A DNA stretch of 33,274 bases from Verrucomicrobiota bacterium (lineage in GTDB: Bacteria > Verrucomicrobiota > Verrucomicrobiia > Verrucomicrobiales > DEV007). Location of the stretch: assembly GCA_045046875.1 (NCBI GenBank), contig JASFYY010000106.1, positions 1 to 33,274 of the forward strand. The letters run 5' to 3'. The notes under the pieces were generated by a model that was not told the DNA's origin, ran no database searches, and was given only the letters and a program-made list of their open reading frames with translations. The translations under genes were made by a program, and so were the position numbers. This document shows positions 10,825 to 19,765 of this stretch, piece by piece; within the stretch, counting starts at the first letter, position 1; each line of letters opens with the position of its first letter.

Positions 10825-11676
10825 TCAAGATCTCGGCGCAGGAAAGCTACCTAGAATTCTAACCGTCTTCCCGCTTTCCGTCAGCAACGTCACTGCCTTC
10901 TCGATATTCTCCGCCGTCTGATGCCCTTGCAGCTCCACAAAAACGCAGGACGGTTTTCCTGGCTGCGTTTCCTGGCGGCCATCAATCTGGGTCAGCGTCA
11001 GCTCCAGGTCCGCGAAGACTTTCATCGAAGCAGACAAAACCTCGCCCGCTTCGCCATGAATCAAGAGAGCCGTGATATCATTCCCCGTCGGCGGACATGA
11101 ATTATGACACAAAACCAAAAACCGTGTCGCCGCCGATGAAGCGTCGTGGTCACCTAACAAAGTAACCTGAGCGCAAATCTGCAAACTCGAATCAACAAAA
11201 TAATCCAGCGTGCGGCTCACTTCGCCATCGGTAGAATTGCCAATCGGCACCACACCATAATCCGCGTGACGACTAGCGACCTTGTCAAACACATCCGCCA
11301 AGCTCGCCTGTGGCACGTATTCAACACTGGCTCCGAACTTATTCCTCGCCGCCTGATGAGTCCATGTGCCTTCCGGTCCGAGATAAGCAATTTTCAGATT
11401 TTCCTCCAAAGCCAAAGCCGCCGACATGATCTCGCGATAAATCGCGCGAATCGATTTTTCCGGCAGCCGACCCTGGCTCTTTTTCACCAACGCTTGCAAA
11501 AGTTTCTCCTCCCGCTCAGGCGCGTAGATCTCCAGACCGTTTTCCTTTTTGATCTCTCCCACCCCATGCACCAGATCGGCCCGTTCATTCAACAGCTCTA
11601 ACAAACGCGTATCCACCGCGTCAATTTCCACCCGCAGCTCGTCGAGCGTCTTGCCTGTGCTTCCAGCTTGTTTCAT
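10825..11676 (-). CDS. pheA: Chorismate mutase / prephenate dehydratase-like P-protein (dehydratase domain internally shortened) with a C-terminal ACT-like domain
   Basis: AroQ motif LDELRVEIDAVDTRLLELLNERA...PEREE; PDT start IAYLGPEGTWTHQAA; TRFLVL; end ILGSFP. Start at MKQAGS (11676), just after the scpB stop. Confidence 0.85.
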   Translation of the reverse strand: MKQAGSTGKTLDELRVEIDAVDTRLLELLNERADLVHGVGEIKKENGLEIYAPEREEKLLQALVKKSQGRLPEKSIRAIYREIMSAALALEENLKIAYLGPEGTWTHQAARNKFGASVEYVPQASLADVFDKVASRHADYGVVPIGNSTDGEVSRTLDYFVDSSLQICAQVTLLGDHDASSAATRFLVLCHNSCPPTGNDITALLIHGEAGEVLSASMKVFADLELTLTQIDGRQETQPGKPSCVFVELQGHQTAENIEKAVTLLTESGKTVRILGSFPAPRS

Positions 11677-11695
11677 TTTTCCCCAGTGCCCCGAA

Positions 11696-12631
11696 TTATT
11701 CCTCTTCGCCAGCCGCTTTGGCCAATTCTTCTTCCTCCGTCGCCACACCCTCTTCTTCTGCAAGGTCCTGCTCAGTCACTTCAGCTTCGACTTCATCACT
11801 TTCTTCCACCGGCGCTGCCTCGTCCCCAGTAGCTGGCTGGCCCTCCTGCGCACTCTCCTCTGCCCCCTCAGCATCATTATCCCCCGCTTGCGCGCCAAGT
11901 GAAAGTTGCTCATCCGCCTCGCTCTCACCCTCCAGTGCCAAGTCAGCCGTCGGTAATTCCACCCGCTTCAGTTCGCTGGAGTTCGGCAGGTCATCAATAT
12001 TCTTGATCCCGAAATGCTCGAGAAAGGTCTCCGAAGTTTCATACAGCAGCGGTTTTCCCGGCAGCTCCGCCCGTCCGGCTATTTTGACCAAACCCTTGTC
12101 GATGATCTTGTTCAACACTCCGTCCACGCTCACCCCGCGCACCGCCTCGATGTCTGCCTTGGTGATCGGTTGACGGTAGGCAATGATGGCCAGAGTCTCC
12201 ATCGCCGGACCGCTGAAACGCTCCGGTTTCACCTCTGGCATCAGGCTGCGAATGTAAGGCGCATAATCCGTGCGGGTATAAAATCGCCAACCACTGGGGC
12301 CTTCCTGCAGATGCATCGGACGTCCGGTCGCATTGTAGGTTTCATTGATCTCATCAATAATCTCGTAAATCTGCTTGGCCGATATTTTCTGCAACACTTC
12401 CGGATCGGTTTCCGTTGGTTCCTTGATCTTTTGTTTTTTCGCCCGCCCCTTTTTCTTGGGCGGCGGGGTTTCCTCAACATCCGCTTCAGCCTCGGCGAGT
12501 AGGGCAGCGGCCTCCGCTTCCACCGCCAAAGCGGCTTTTGCGGTACGGCGCAAAGCACGCGCCACATCCTGAGCCGTCACCGGATCCGGTGAGGCAAAAA
12601 TAATAGCTTCAACTATCTGAACTAAATCCAT
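11696..12631 (-). CDS. scpB: SMC-Scp complex subunit ScpB with an acidic C-terminal tail
   Basis: VEAIIFAS, ETLAIIAYRQPITKADIEAVRGV and GRAELPGKPLLYETSETFLEHFG motifs. Confidence 0.95.
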   Translation of the reverse strand: MDLVQIVEAIIFASPDPVTAQDVARALRRTAKAALAVEAEAAALLAEAEADVEETPPPKKKGRAKKQKIKEPTETDPEVLQKISAKQIYEIIDEINETYNATGRPMHLQEGPSGWRFYTRTDYAPYIRSLMPEVKPERFSGPAMETLAIIAYRQPITKADIEAVRGVSVDGVLNKIIDKGLVKIAGRAELPGKPLLYETSETFLEHFGIKNIDDLPNSSELKRVELPTADLALEGESEADEQLSLGAQAGDNDAEGAEESAQEGQPATGDEAAPVEESDEVEAEVTEQDLAEEEGVATEEEELAKAAGEEE

Positions 12632-12673
12632 ATGAAAATCCAGGTTGTGGTGACAATCTCGATGCTAGCACGG

Positions 12674-13408
12674 TTACAGATTCTCGTTGCGATGCAACTC
12701 GATATCGCCAAGCCGCCCGTCTTGACGAACGGTGAAATGGTTGAGTTTCATCAACTCCAACATCGCCAAAAAGGTAACAATCACCTCCGCTTTGGTGGTC
12801 GCATCTTCAAACATCGTCGAAAATTGAATACTGCCGCCCGGCGGCACCGTTTTCAGCAAATAATCTATCTTATCCCCAACGGTGAAGCGATCGTCGATGA
12901 TCTCACCCAAATCGCTTTCATCCTGAAAACGATCCAGCACGTTCTGGAAAGCACGAATCAGATCAAAAATGCCCACATCCGCCATCGGACGTTCGCCCTC
13001 CGGCTCATCCGCCTCGATATCCTCTGGGTGATGCGGGAAAAAATCCTGCATTTCCTGCTCGCGATGGGACAAAAAGCCCGCCGCATCTTTGAATTTTTTG
13101 TATTCGATCAGCTGCCGGATCAGATCCCAGCGCGGATCGTCGTCATCGGTCTCATCCTCCGGCGGTTGATGGTGCTTGGGCAACAAATTGCGGCTTTTGA
13201 TATAAATCAAATTGGCCGCCATCACGATGAATTCGCTGGCCAGAGTTATATTCAACACCTTGAACGTATCCACGTAGGTCAAATACTGCTTGGTGACGCG
13301 CTCGATGGAGACATCATAAATGTCCACCTCTTCCTTTTTGATAAGATAGAGCAACAAATCGAGCGGCCCCTCGAATATCTCCAACTGAACTTTATAATCT
13401 GCTTCCAA
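12674..13408 (-). CDS. scpA: Segregation and condensation protein ScpA
   Basis: FEGPLDLLLYLI, EFIVMAANLIYIKSRNLLP, LIEYKKFK and VTFLAMLEL motifs. Probable TTG start at 13408 (LEADYKVQLE); the longer ATG extension is not family-like. Confidence 0.93.
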   Translation of the reverse strand: MEADYKVQLEIFEGPLDLLLYLIKKEEVDIYDVSIERVTKQYLTYVDTFKVLNITLASEFIVMAANLIYIKSRNLLPKHHQPPEDETDDDDPRWDLIRQLIEYKKFKDAAGFLSHREQEMQDFFPHHPEDIEADEPEGERPMADVGIFDLIRAFQNVLDRFQDESDLGEIIDDRFTVGDKIDYLLKTVPPGGSIQFSTMFEDATTKAEVIVTFLAMLELMKLNHFTVRQDGRLGDIELHRNENL

Positions 13409-13659
13409 AATTTTTGAGACTGAATCTGATCCCGTCCGGCTCCCACTAGGAAATTCACCGTTCAGAATGCGCAGTTTAACCACGGGCAAGCCACAGGCGC
13501 AAGTCATCCTATCAGGAATGTTCAAGATTCTCCGCAAGCTGGAATAGGAAAAGACTGCTAAAAGCGGTGTTATTGCCAGAGGCAAGAACCTATCCATGCG
13601 GTTTTCATGGTCTTTTTTTATCTGCGCAGCATTTTTTGATCTTCCTCTCTTTTGCTATT

Positions 13660-14667
13660 TCACGGAATGAGCTGCTTTTTCTCTTCAAACACCACTGTGC
13701 CTTTTAAAAAAACAAGATCCATCAAATCCTGTTTTTTGTATTCACCTTTCCCGCTAGGGCGAAAAGCTCCAATCAGCCGGGTCTGACCGCTGATCGTTGT
13801 TATTTGCGTTCTGATGACCTCCCGGTGAAAAACCGGCAGGGACACAGCAATCATCTTGCTGTTATTTGGAAGAAGCATTTGACTGGTATGGTTCGTAGGT
13901 GGCGCGGTGTGATGCTCCAATAACAAATCCACGATCATGGTATATTCATTCGTTCCCAATATTGGATCGATATGGAAAACAGTGCCTACTTTCCGTTTTT
14001 CAAATATAGGCACCGCTGCATGAATGCCGTCTTGCCACTCATATTGCTGCAAATAACGATACTCCCTCACATCTTCATATTCCGCACGCTGCCCGCTGCG
14101 AGCATCAAGAATAATACTGCTGATCAGTTGAGCCTGTTCTTTTTTCACCAACTTCACTACAGCATCACGCTCAGGACTGTGATTCACTTGTGTTTCAATA
14201 CTTCTCTGAACTTGCTGTGCCAATACCCCGGGCAGTCTATAAATCTCGATTTGATAGCGCATGCTTTTTTCCGCTTTGCCATAAATGCTTTCCATATAAG
14301 CTTCGATCAATTCCATTCCTGAAGGGTAATGTTTCACGACTAACTGACCTAAGTGGTCTATATATATAGCACTGGTTCCTTCGGGAAATCTCACGCCAGC
14401 TTCTTCCAAAATGCTCTTTGCTGATCGCCGCTTGCTGTTTTTGTGTGACTCAGCGGGAGGGCAGCATGCGTATGAAATGATTTTAAATGTGCGGGTGTAA
14501 ATCTTGTTTGGATCTTTAGGAACAGGATTTTCACGCACATCCTTCCTGACAAGCGGCTTCCGTTTGATATTCAATTTTGGCAACTCTTCTGCCGGGGTTG
14601 TGAGTAGCGCAATATAACAGGACATGGCCACCATAAAGATCACTTGGAGATTGTTTGTCCGTTTCAT
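13660..14667 (-). CDS. Short secretin-like exported protein (third of three paralogs in transcription order)
   Basis: Signal peptide; ILEEAGVRFPEGTSA (N3-like); RSGQRAE; VGTVFHIDPILG; TQITTISGQTRLIG. Resembles verrucomicrobial PilQ/GspD-like proteins (recalled, not searched). Confidence 0.6.
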   Translation of the reverse strand: MKRTNNLQVIFMVAMSCYIALLTTPAEELPKLNIKRKPLVRKDVRENPVPKDPNKIYTRTFKIISYACCPPAESHKNSKRRSAKSILEEAGVRFPEGTSAIYIDHLGQLVVKHYPSGMELIEAYMESIYGKAEKSMRYQIEIYRLPGVLAQQVQRSIETQVNHSPERDAVVKLVKKEQAQLISSIILDARSGQRAEYEDVREYRYLQQYEWQDGIHAAVPIFEKRKVGTVFHIDPILGTNEYTMIVDLLLEHHTAPPTNHTSQMLLPNNSKMIAVSLPVFHREVIRTQITTISGQTRLIGAFRPSGKGEYKKQDLMDLVFLKGTVVFEEKKQLIP

Positions 14668-14693
14668 GAGGGTTGTTTGAAAGAGACCATTGC

Positions 14694-15716
14694 TTAATCC
14701 CGAATGATATCTTTCAGCGAAAATATCGGTTTTTTACTCGAAACCACGAATCCCTTGAGAAAAACAACTTCCATCAAATCCTTTTTCTGGTGTTCCTCAT
14801 CGCCGGTAGGGCGATAGACACAAATTATTCTTGTAGTGCCCGATTGCATGGTGATCTGAGTGACGACCTTTTTACTGTGAAACACAGGCACAGGAAACTC
14901 AATATTGCTTTCACTATTAGGTAAACGAATCTGGGTCATTTTTTGATCAGGAGGGGCGGTGTGATGCTCAAAACTAAAACTAACATCCATCGTGCTGTCA
15001 TCCGCACCCAAAACCGGGTCAACTTCAAACACCGTGCCTACATCTTGAATCATAAAGACCGGAAGAATCTTTTGGCTCTTCTCATCCCATTCATAACGAT
15101 CCAAATATCGGTATTGCTGCCCATCTACCATCGTTGCTCGCTGTCCACTGCGACATTCTAAGCTTAGACTGCCTATCAAGTTAGCATGTTTCTTTTTTAT
15201 CAGATCATAAACGGCATTCCGTTCTGGGGTATGGTCGGATTGTTCACTCGCACTCTGCTGCAATTCGAGAACCAACAAAGCAGGCAAGCGATAAATCTCC
15301 AATTGAAAACTCAGGTGCCGTTCGGCACGGGAAGAAACCCTGTCGATATAGGATTCGATTAATAACATGCCATCTGGCTTTTGCCACACCGTTAGCAGCC
15401 CTGTGCCCCAATCAAATTCGACGCTGGTACCTTTTGGGAATTCTATGCCCGCTTCCTCGAAAATTTCCTGCGGCGTGCGCCCTGTTCGTTTTTCTTTTTC
15501 ACTCGGAGGGCAGCAAGTCGGAAGAGTTTTGAATACCCGCTTATAAATCTCTTCAGGGTCTCTGAGTTTGAATTTTGATGGTGGTATTTTCACTTCGGCT
15601 TTAGACCGTTTGATTTCCAGCTTGGGAAGGGACTGAGCAAAAATGGGATGAGGATTTCCTATCAACCCCGTCAACAAAATCACTGCTATCAAATATATTC
15701 TTTTCTGTTCCATCAT
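14694..15716 (-). CDS. Short secretin-like exported protein (second paralog)
   Basis: Signal peptide; IFEEAGIEFPKGTSV; RSGQRAT; VGTVFEVDPVLGAD; TQITMQSGTTRII. Clearly paralogous to both neighbours. Confidence 0.6.
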   Translation of the reverse strand: MMEQKRIYLIAVILLTGLIGNPHPIFAQSLPKLEIKRSKAEVKIPPSKFKLRDPEEIYKRVFKTLPTCCPPSEKEKRTGRTPQEIFEEAGIEFPKGTSVEFDWGTGLLTVWQKPDGMLLIESYIDRVSSRAERHLSFQLEIYRLPALLVLELQQSASEQSDHTPERNAVYDLIKKKHANLIGSLSLECRSGQRATMVDGQQYRYLDRYEWDEKSQKILPVFMIQDVGTVFEVDPVLGADDSTMDVSFSFEHHTAPPDQKMTQIRLPNSESNIEFPVPVFHSKKVVTQITMQSGTTRIICVYRPTGDEEHQKKDLMEVVFLKGFVVSSKKPIFSLKDIIRD

Positions 15717-16732
15717 GGTGTTTGTGAATATTTTTTGCGTTTGATTTTCTCTAGCGAAGCTTGGAGAAATACAAATTCCATCATTCCCCTTTTGTCATCA
15801 TTGTGACTGACGACGGGATAAGAACCAAGCAGTTTGACCTCGTTAATCTTCAGCGTCATTTTTTTATCACTGACAAATTTGACCTTATGATATTCTGTAA
15901 GTTCTACGCTGACGATTTTGGTGGAGTTTGGGAAATGAAGCTGCGTATTTTTCACAGTGGGCTCTGCAAAATCATGGTCAAAGCTGTATTCAAAGGTGAT
16001 CAGCGAATCACCCTGCAAAACAGGGGAGCTGATGCTGACACGGGTTCCTACCTTGTCGCTTTCAACAAGAGGCATCATTTGTTTGCTGGTTTTGTCCCAG
16101 GAGTATTTTTTAATAGCCCGGTATTCGCGCCCTTCTGCCATTTCCGCTGATTGATTTTCATCGACCTGTAGTTTGATGATTTTAATCAGTTCGCCCTGTT
16201 TTTTATCCTGCCATGCAGAGACAAGCTCTCTCTGCAAACGGTTCTGCTGCCCTTGTTCTGATCTTTCCAGCAATTCCTGTGCAAGCGGCATCGGCAGCCT
16301 GAATATTTCAAAACGAAAGTGAAAAGTAATGTTTGCTTTGCCTCGAATTTTTTCCAAAAAAACCTCAATTTTGGCAAGTTCTCCCGGTGTTTGATTCACC
16401 GTCAATAAAGACGTAGCTGGATTATAAATGGCAGCAGTTCCCTCAGGAAATAATATGCCGGCTGCTTCAAGAATGTGTTTAGCTGATCGACGCCTCAGAT
16501 TGGTATTGGATGCAAAAACATCATTGCTCAAAAAAGTAGGCGCTACCGGGTATTCACGACTAATGATAGCCTCTGGATCCATTGGCTTTTTGACGCTGGG
16601 TTTTATCTCTATCTCTGCAGCTTTGCGAATGATCTCTAGTTTAGGCAAATCCTTAGCCTGCATGGTGATACTGCTGAAAAACACAGCGATCACCATCCAA
16701 ATAACTACAGAAAATATAAGTCTTACCTTCAT
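15713..16732 (-). CDS. Short secretin-like exported protein (first and most diverged paralog)
   Basis: Signal peptide from MKVRLIF; YPVAPTFLS, ILEAAGILFPEGTAAIYNPATSLLTVNQT, VGTRVSI. Its stop overlaps the next ATG. Confidence 0.6.
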   Translation of the reverse strand: MKVRLIFSVVIWMVIAVFFSSITMQAKDLPKLEIIRKAAEIEIKPSVKKPMDPEAIISREYPVAPTFLSNDVFASNTNLRRRSAKHILEAAGILFPEGTAAIYNPATSLLTVNQTPGELAKIEVFLEKIRGKANITFHFRFEIFRLPMPLAQELLERSEQGQQNRLQRELVSAWQDKKQGELIKIIKLQVDENQSAEMAEGREYRAIKKYSWDKTSKQMMPLVESDKVGTRVSISSPVLQGDSLITFEYSFDHDFAEPTVKNTQLHFPNSTKIVSVELTEYHKVKFVSDKKMTLKINEVKLLGSYPVVSHNDDKRGMMEFVFLQASLEKIKRKKYSQTP

Positions 16733-16804
16733 TGTAGGCCTAGAGCCTATAAAAAACCTACCCAAATTCCAAGATCAATCGAATTCTAATAGCTGATAAA
16801 TCAC

Positions 16805-16833
16805 AAAAAAAGGGCGACCTCGCGGCCGCCCTT
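16805..16833 (-). terminator. Rho-independent terminator after ppdK
   Basis: Minus strand AAGGGCGGCC-GCGA-GGTCGCCCTT followed by TTTTT; GNRA loop; about 25 nt after the ppdK stop. Confidence 0.85.
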
Positions 16834-16856
16834 CCTTTTGATTTTAAAAACCAAGC

Positions 16857-19625
16857 TTACGCTTTGTCTTTCAGCGCTTCCTGCGCAGCTGCCAATTTGG
16901 CAATCGGGATGCGGAAGGGGCTGCATGAGACGTAGTTCAATCCAGCGCGATGGAAGAACTGCACTGACTTGGGATCGCCACCGTGTTCTCCACAGATACC
17001 GATCTTGAGATCCTTGCGTCCTTTACGTCCGAGCTTGACTCCCATCTCTACCAACTTACCAATGCCGCCTTGGTCCAAGGTAGCAAACGGGTTGGTGGTG
17101 ATGATGTCTTCTTCTTCGTAGTGAGGAAGGAAACCAGCACTGTCGTCACGGCTCATGCCGAGTCCGGTCTGAGTCAGGTCGTTGGTTCCAAAGCTGAAGA
17201 ACTCAGCTGACTTAGCAATCTCGTCTGCAGTGAGACAAGCACGTGGAATTTCGATCATGGTGCCGACCTGGTATTTCAACTGGCTCGCACGCAATCCGTT
17301 TTCCTTACGCACATCTGCGGCCACCTGATCGATGATCGCTTTTTGCAGTTCGAATTCTTTAGCGAATCCAACCAATGGAACCATCACTTCAGGTTTCACT
17401 TTGATGCCTTTTTTCTGCACTTCGACAGCGGCTTCAAAAATCGCGCGTGCCTGCATTTCGGTGATCTCAGTGTAAACGATACCCAAACGGCAACCACGGT
17501 GACCCAGCATTGGGTTGAACTCGTGCAACTCTTCCACACGACGAAGAATGTCGGCTGGTTTGAGCTTGAGTTTTTTGGCCAATTCCTTCTGCTGCTCCTT
17601 GGTGTGCGGCAGGAATTCGTGCAGTGGTGGATCCAGCAAACGAATAGTCGCTGGACGACCGTCGAGTGCTTCGAAGATGCCGATGAAGTCTTTCTTTTGG
17701 AAAGGCAGCAATTTTTTCACTGCTTTACGGCGATCCTCTTCGTTGTCAGCCAGGATCATCTGACGCACCGCGTCGATGCGGTTGCCTTCGAAGAACATGT
17801 GCTCAGTGCGACAGAGGCCGATGCCTTCAGCACCAAAAGCAATGGCGTTGCGAACCTGCTCCGGAGAATCGGAGTTGGTGCGGATGCCAAGCTTGCGGAA
17901 TTTGTCCGCCCAAACGATCAGCTGAGCATACTTTTTGTAAGTCGGGCTCTTGAGCGCTTTTTTGTCGCCTTCGAGCACTGCTTGAATCACTTCCGAGTCT
18001 GCTGTTTTGAGCTCACCAGCGTAGATTGCACCCGAAGTTCCGTTGACGGAGATGTAATCCCCTTCTTTCAACTTCACGCCGTTGGCGGTGACGGTCTTTT
18101 TGTTGTAGTCGATTTCCAGATCGGAAGCACCACAGACGCAGATTTTGCCCATCTGACGAGCGACCAAAGCTGCGTGAGAAGAAACACCACCACGTGAAGT
18201 GAGGATGCCTTCCGCTGCGATCATGCCGCGCAAATCTTCCGGAGAAGTTTCGATACGAGTCAATACCACCTTGTCGCCTTTAGCCGCTGCTTTCACTGCG
18301 TCTTCAGCGTGGAAGAAAATTCTTCCCGAAGCTGCACCCGGGCCAGCTGGCAATCCTTTGGCGATGCGTTTGGCTTTTTTCTCTGCAGTGCTGTCAAAAA
18401 TAGGCGCCAACAGTTGGTCCAAATCTCCAGCAGGAATTCGCGCAACCGCTTCTTGTGGTTTGATCAATTTTTCTTTGACCATATCCACTGCGATGTGAAC
18501 CGCAGCAAATCCAGTGCGTTTGCCGTTACGAGTCTGCAGCATCCACAGCTTGCCTTCTTCAACGGTGAACTCGACGTCCTGCACGTCACGGAAATGTTTT
18601 TCCAACTTGGTGCGAACTTTCAACAACTCTTTGTGAGAAGCTGGCAAGTCCTTCGCCATTTTGATGATTGCTTTGGGTGTGCGCACACCGGCCACCACGT
18701 CTTCGCCCTGAGCGTCGATCAGGTATTCACCGTAGAATACGTTTTCACCTGTCGCAGGGTCGCGAGTGAATGCCACACCCGTTCCTGAAGTTTTTCCGGT
18801 ATTACCAAATACCATCGCCTGCACGTTCACAGCCGTTCCCCAGGAAGCGGGAATGTGGTATTTGCGGCGATACACTTTTGCCCGGTCGTTATTCCAAGAA
18901 ATGAACACCGCACCAACGGCTCCTTCGAGCTGTTCGCGTGGGTCTTGTGGAAAATCGCAGCCAGCACGTTTTTTGATCAATGCTTTGAACTTAGCGACCA
19001 CGTCCTGGAGATCCGCCACTTTCAATCCACTGTCGATTTTGACACCCGCTTTTTCTTTAGCGGCGTCGAGAATAACTTCGTAGGGATCATGATGCTCGCC
19101 GGCTTCGGCTTCCACACCCATCACCACGCTGCCATACATCTGCAAAAAGCGACGGTAGGAATCCCAGGCAAATTTTGGATTGCCGGTTTTTTTAGCGAGA
19201 GCTTCGACCACTTCATCATTGATGCCGAGGTTGAGGATGGTGTCCATCATACCGGGCATCGACTCGCGAGCACCGGAACGAACGGAAAGCAAAAGGGGAT
19301 TTTCCAAATCACCGAATTTTTTGCCCATGACTTTTTCCGTCGCGGCCAAAGCAGCGTCGATTTCATTAGTCAGTGAAGTCGGGTATTTTTTACCGTGATC
19401 GTAAAAGTAAGTGCAGACCTCGGTGCTCAGAGTGAAACCAGCAGGAACGGGCAAGCCGATTCTGGACATCTCTGCCAAATTGGCACCTTTGCCGCCAAGC
19501 AAAGCTTTTTGAGAACCGTCACCTTCGGATGTTTTGCCTCCGAAATTATAGACGTATTTTTTTCCTGCCCGACGTTTAGCCGCTGCCCGTTTTTTTGGTG
19601 CAACTTTTTTCTTGGTAGTAGCCAT
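16857..19625 (-). CDS. ppdK: Pyruvate, phosphate dikinase
   Basis: [27 protein letters not shown], phospho-His motif [45 protein letters not shown]. Start at MATTKKK (19625). Confidence 0.97.
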   Translation of the reverse strand: MATTKKKVAPKKRAAAKRRAGKKYVYNFGGKTSEGDGSQKALLGGKGANLAEMSRIGLPVPAGFTLSTEVCTYFYDHGKKYPTSLTNEIDAALAATEKVMGKKFGDLENPLLLSVRSGARESMPGMMDTILNLGINDEVVEALAKKTGNPKFAWDSYRRFLQMYGSVVMGVEAEAGEHHDPYEVILDAAKEKAGVKIDSGLKVADLQDVVAKFKALIKKRAGCDFPQDPREQLEGAVGAVFISWNNDRAKVYRRKYHIPASWGTAVNVQAMVFGNTGKTSGTGVAFTRDPATGENVFYGEYLIDAQGEDVVAGVRTPKAIIKMAKDLPASHKELLKVRTKLEKHFRDVQDVEFTVEEGKLWMLQTRNGKRTGFAAVHIAVDMVKEKLIKPQEAVARIPAGDLDQLLAPIFDSTAEKKAKRIAKGLPAGPGAASGRIFFHAEDAVKAAAKGDKVVLTRIETSPEDLRGMIAAEGILTSRGGVSSHAALVARQMGKICVCGASDLEIDYNKKTVTANGVKLKEGDYISVNGTSGAIYAGELKTADSEVIQAVLEGDKKALKSPTYKKYAQLIVWADKFRKLGIRTNSDSPEQVRNAIAFGAEGIGLCRTEHMFFEGNRIDAVRQMILADNEEDRRKAVKKLLPFQKKDFIGIFEALDGRPATIRLLDPPLHEFLPHTKEQQKELAKKLKLKPADILRRVEELHEFNPMLGHRGCRLGIVYTEITEMQARAIFEAAVEVQKKGIKVKPEVMVPLVGFAKEFELQKAIIDQVAADVRKENGLRASQLKYQVGTMIEIPRACLTADEIAKSAEFFSFGTNDLTQTGLGMSRDDSAGFLPHYEEEDIITTNPFATLDQGGIGKLVEMGVKLGRKGRKDLKIGICGEHGGDPKSVQFFHRAGLNYVSCSPFRIPIAKLAAAQEALKDKA

Positions 19626-19765
19626 AGTACTCTGTTGTTTTATGTGTGATTCCTGAAACGCCGGAGCTCTTTTTTTTCGAACCCATATCCCCCCCAAATT
19701 TTTCGGAGACGTTCCAAAATAAGGCGCAACCTTAGCAGAGCCCGCGCCACTGTCAAACTAGTGTC

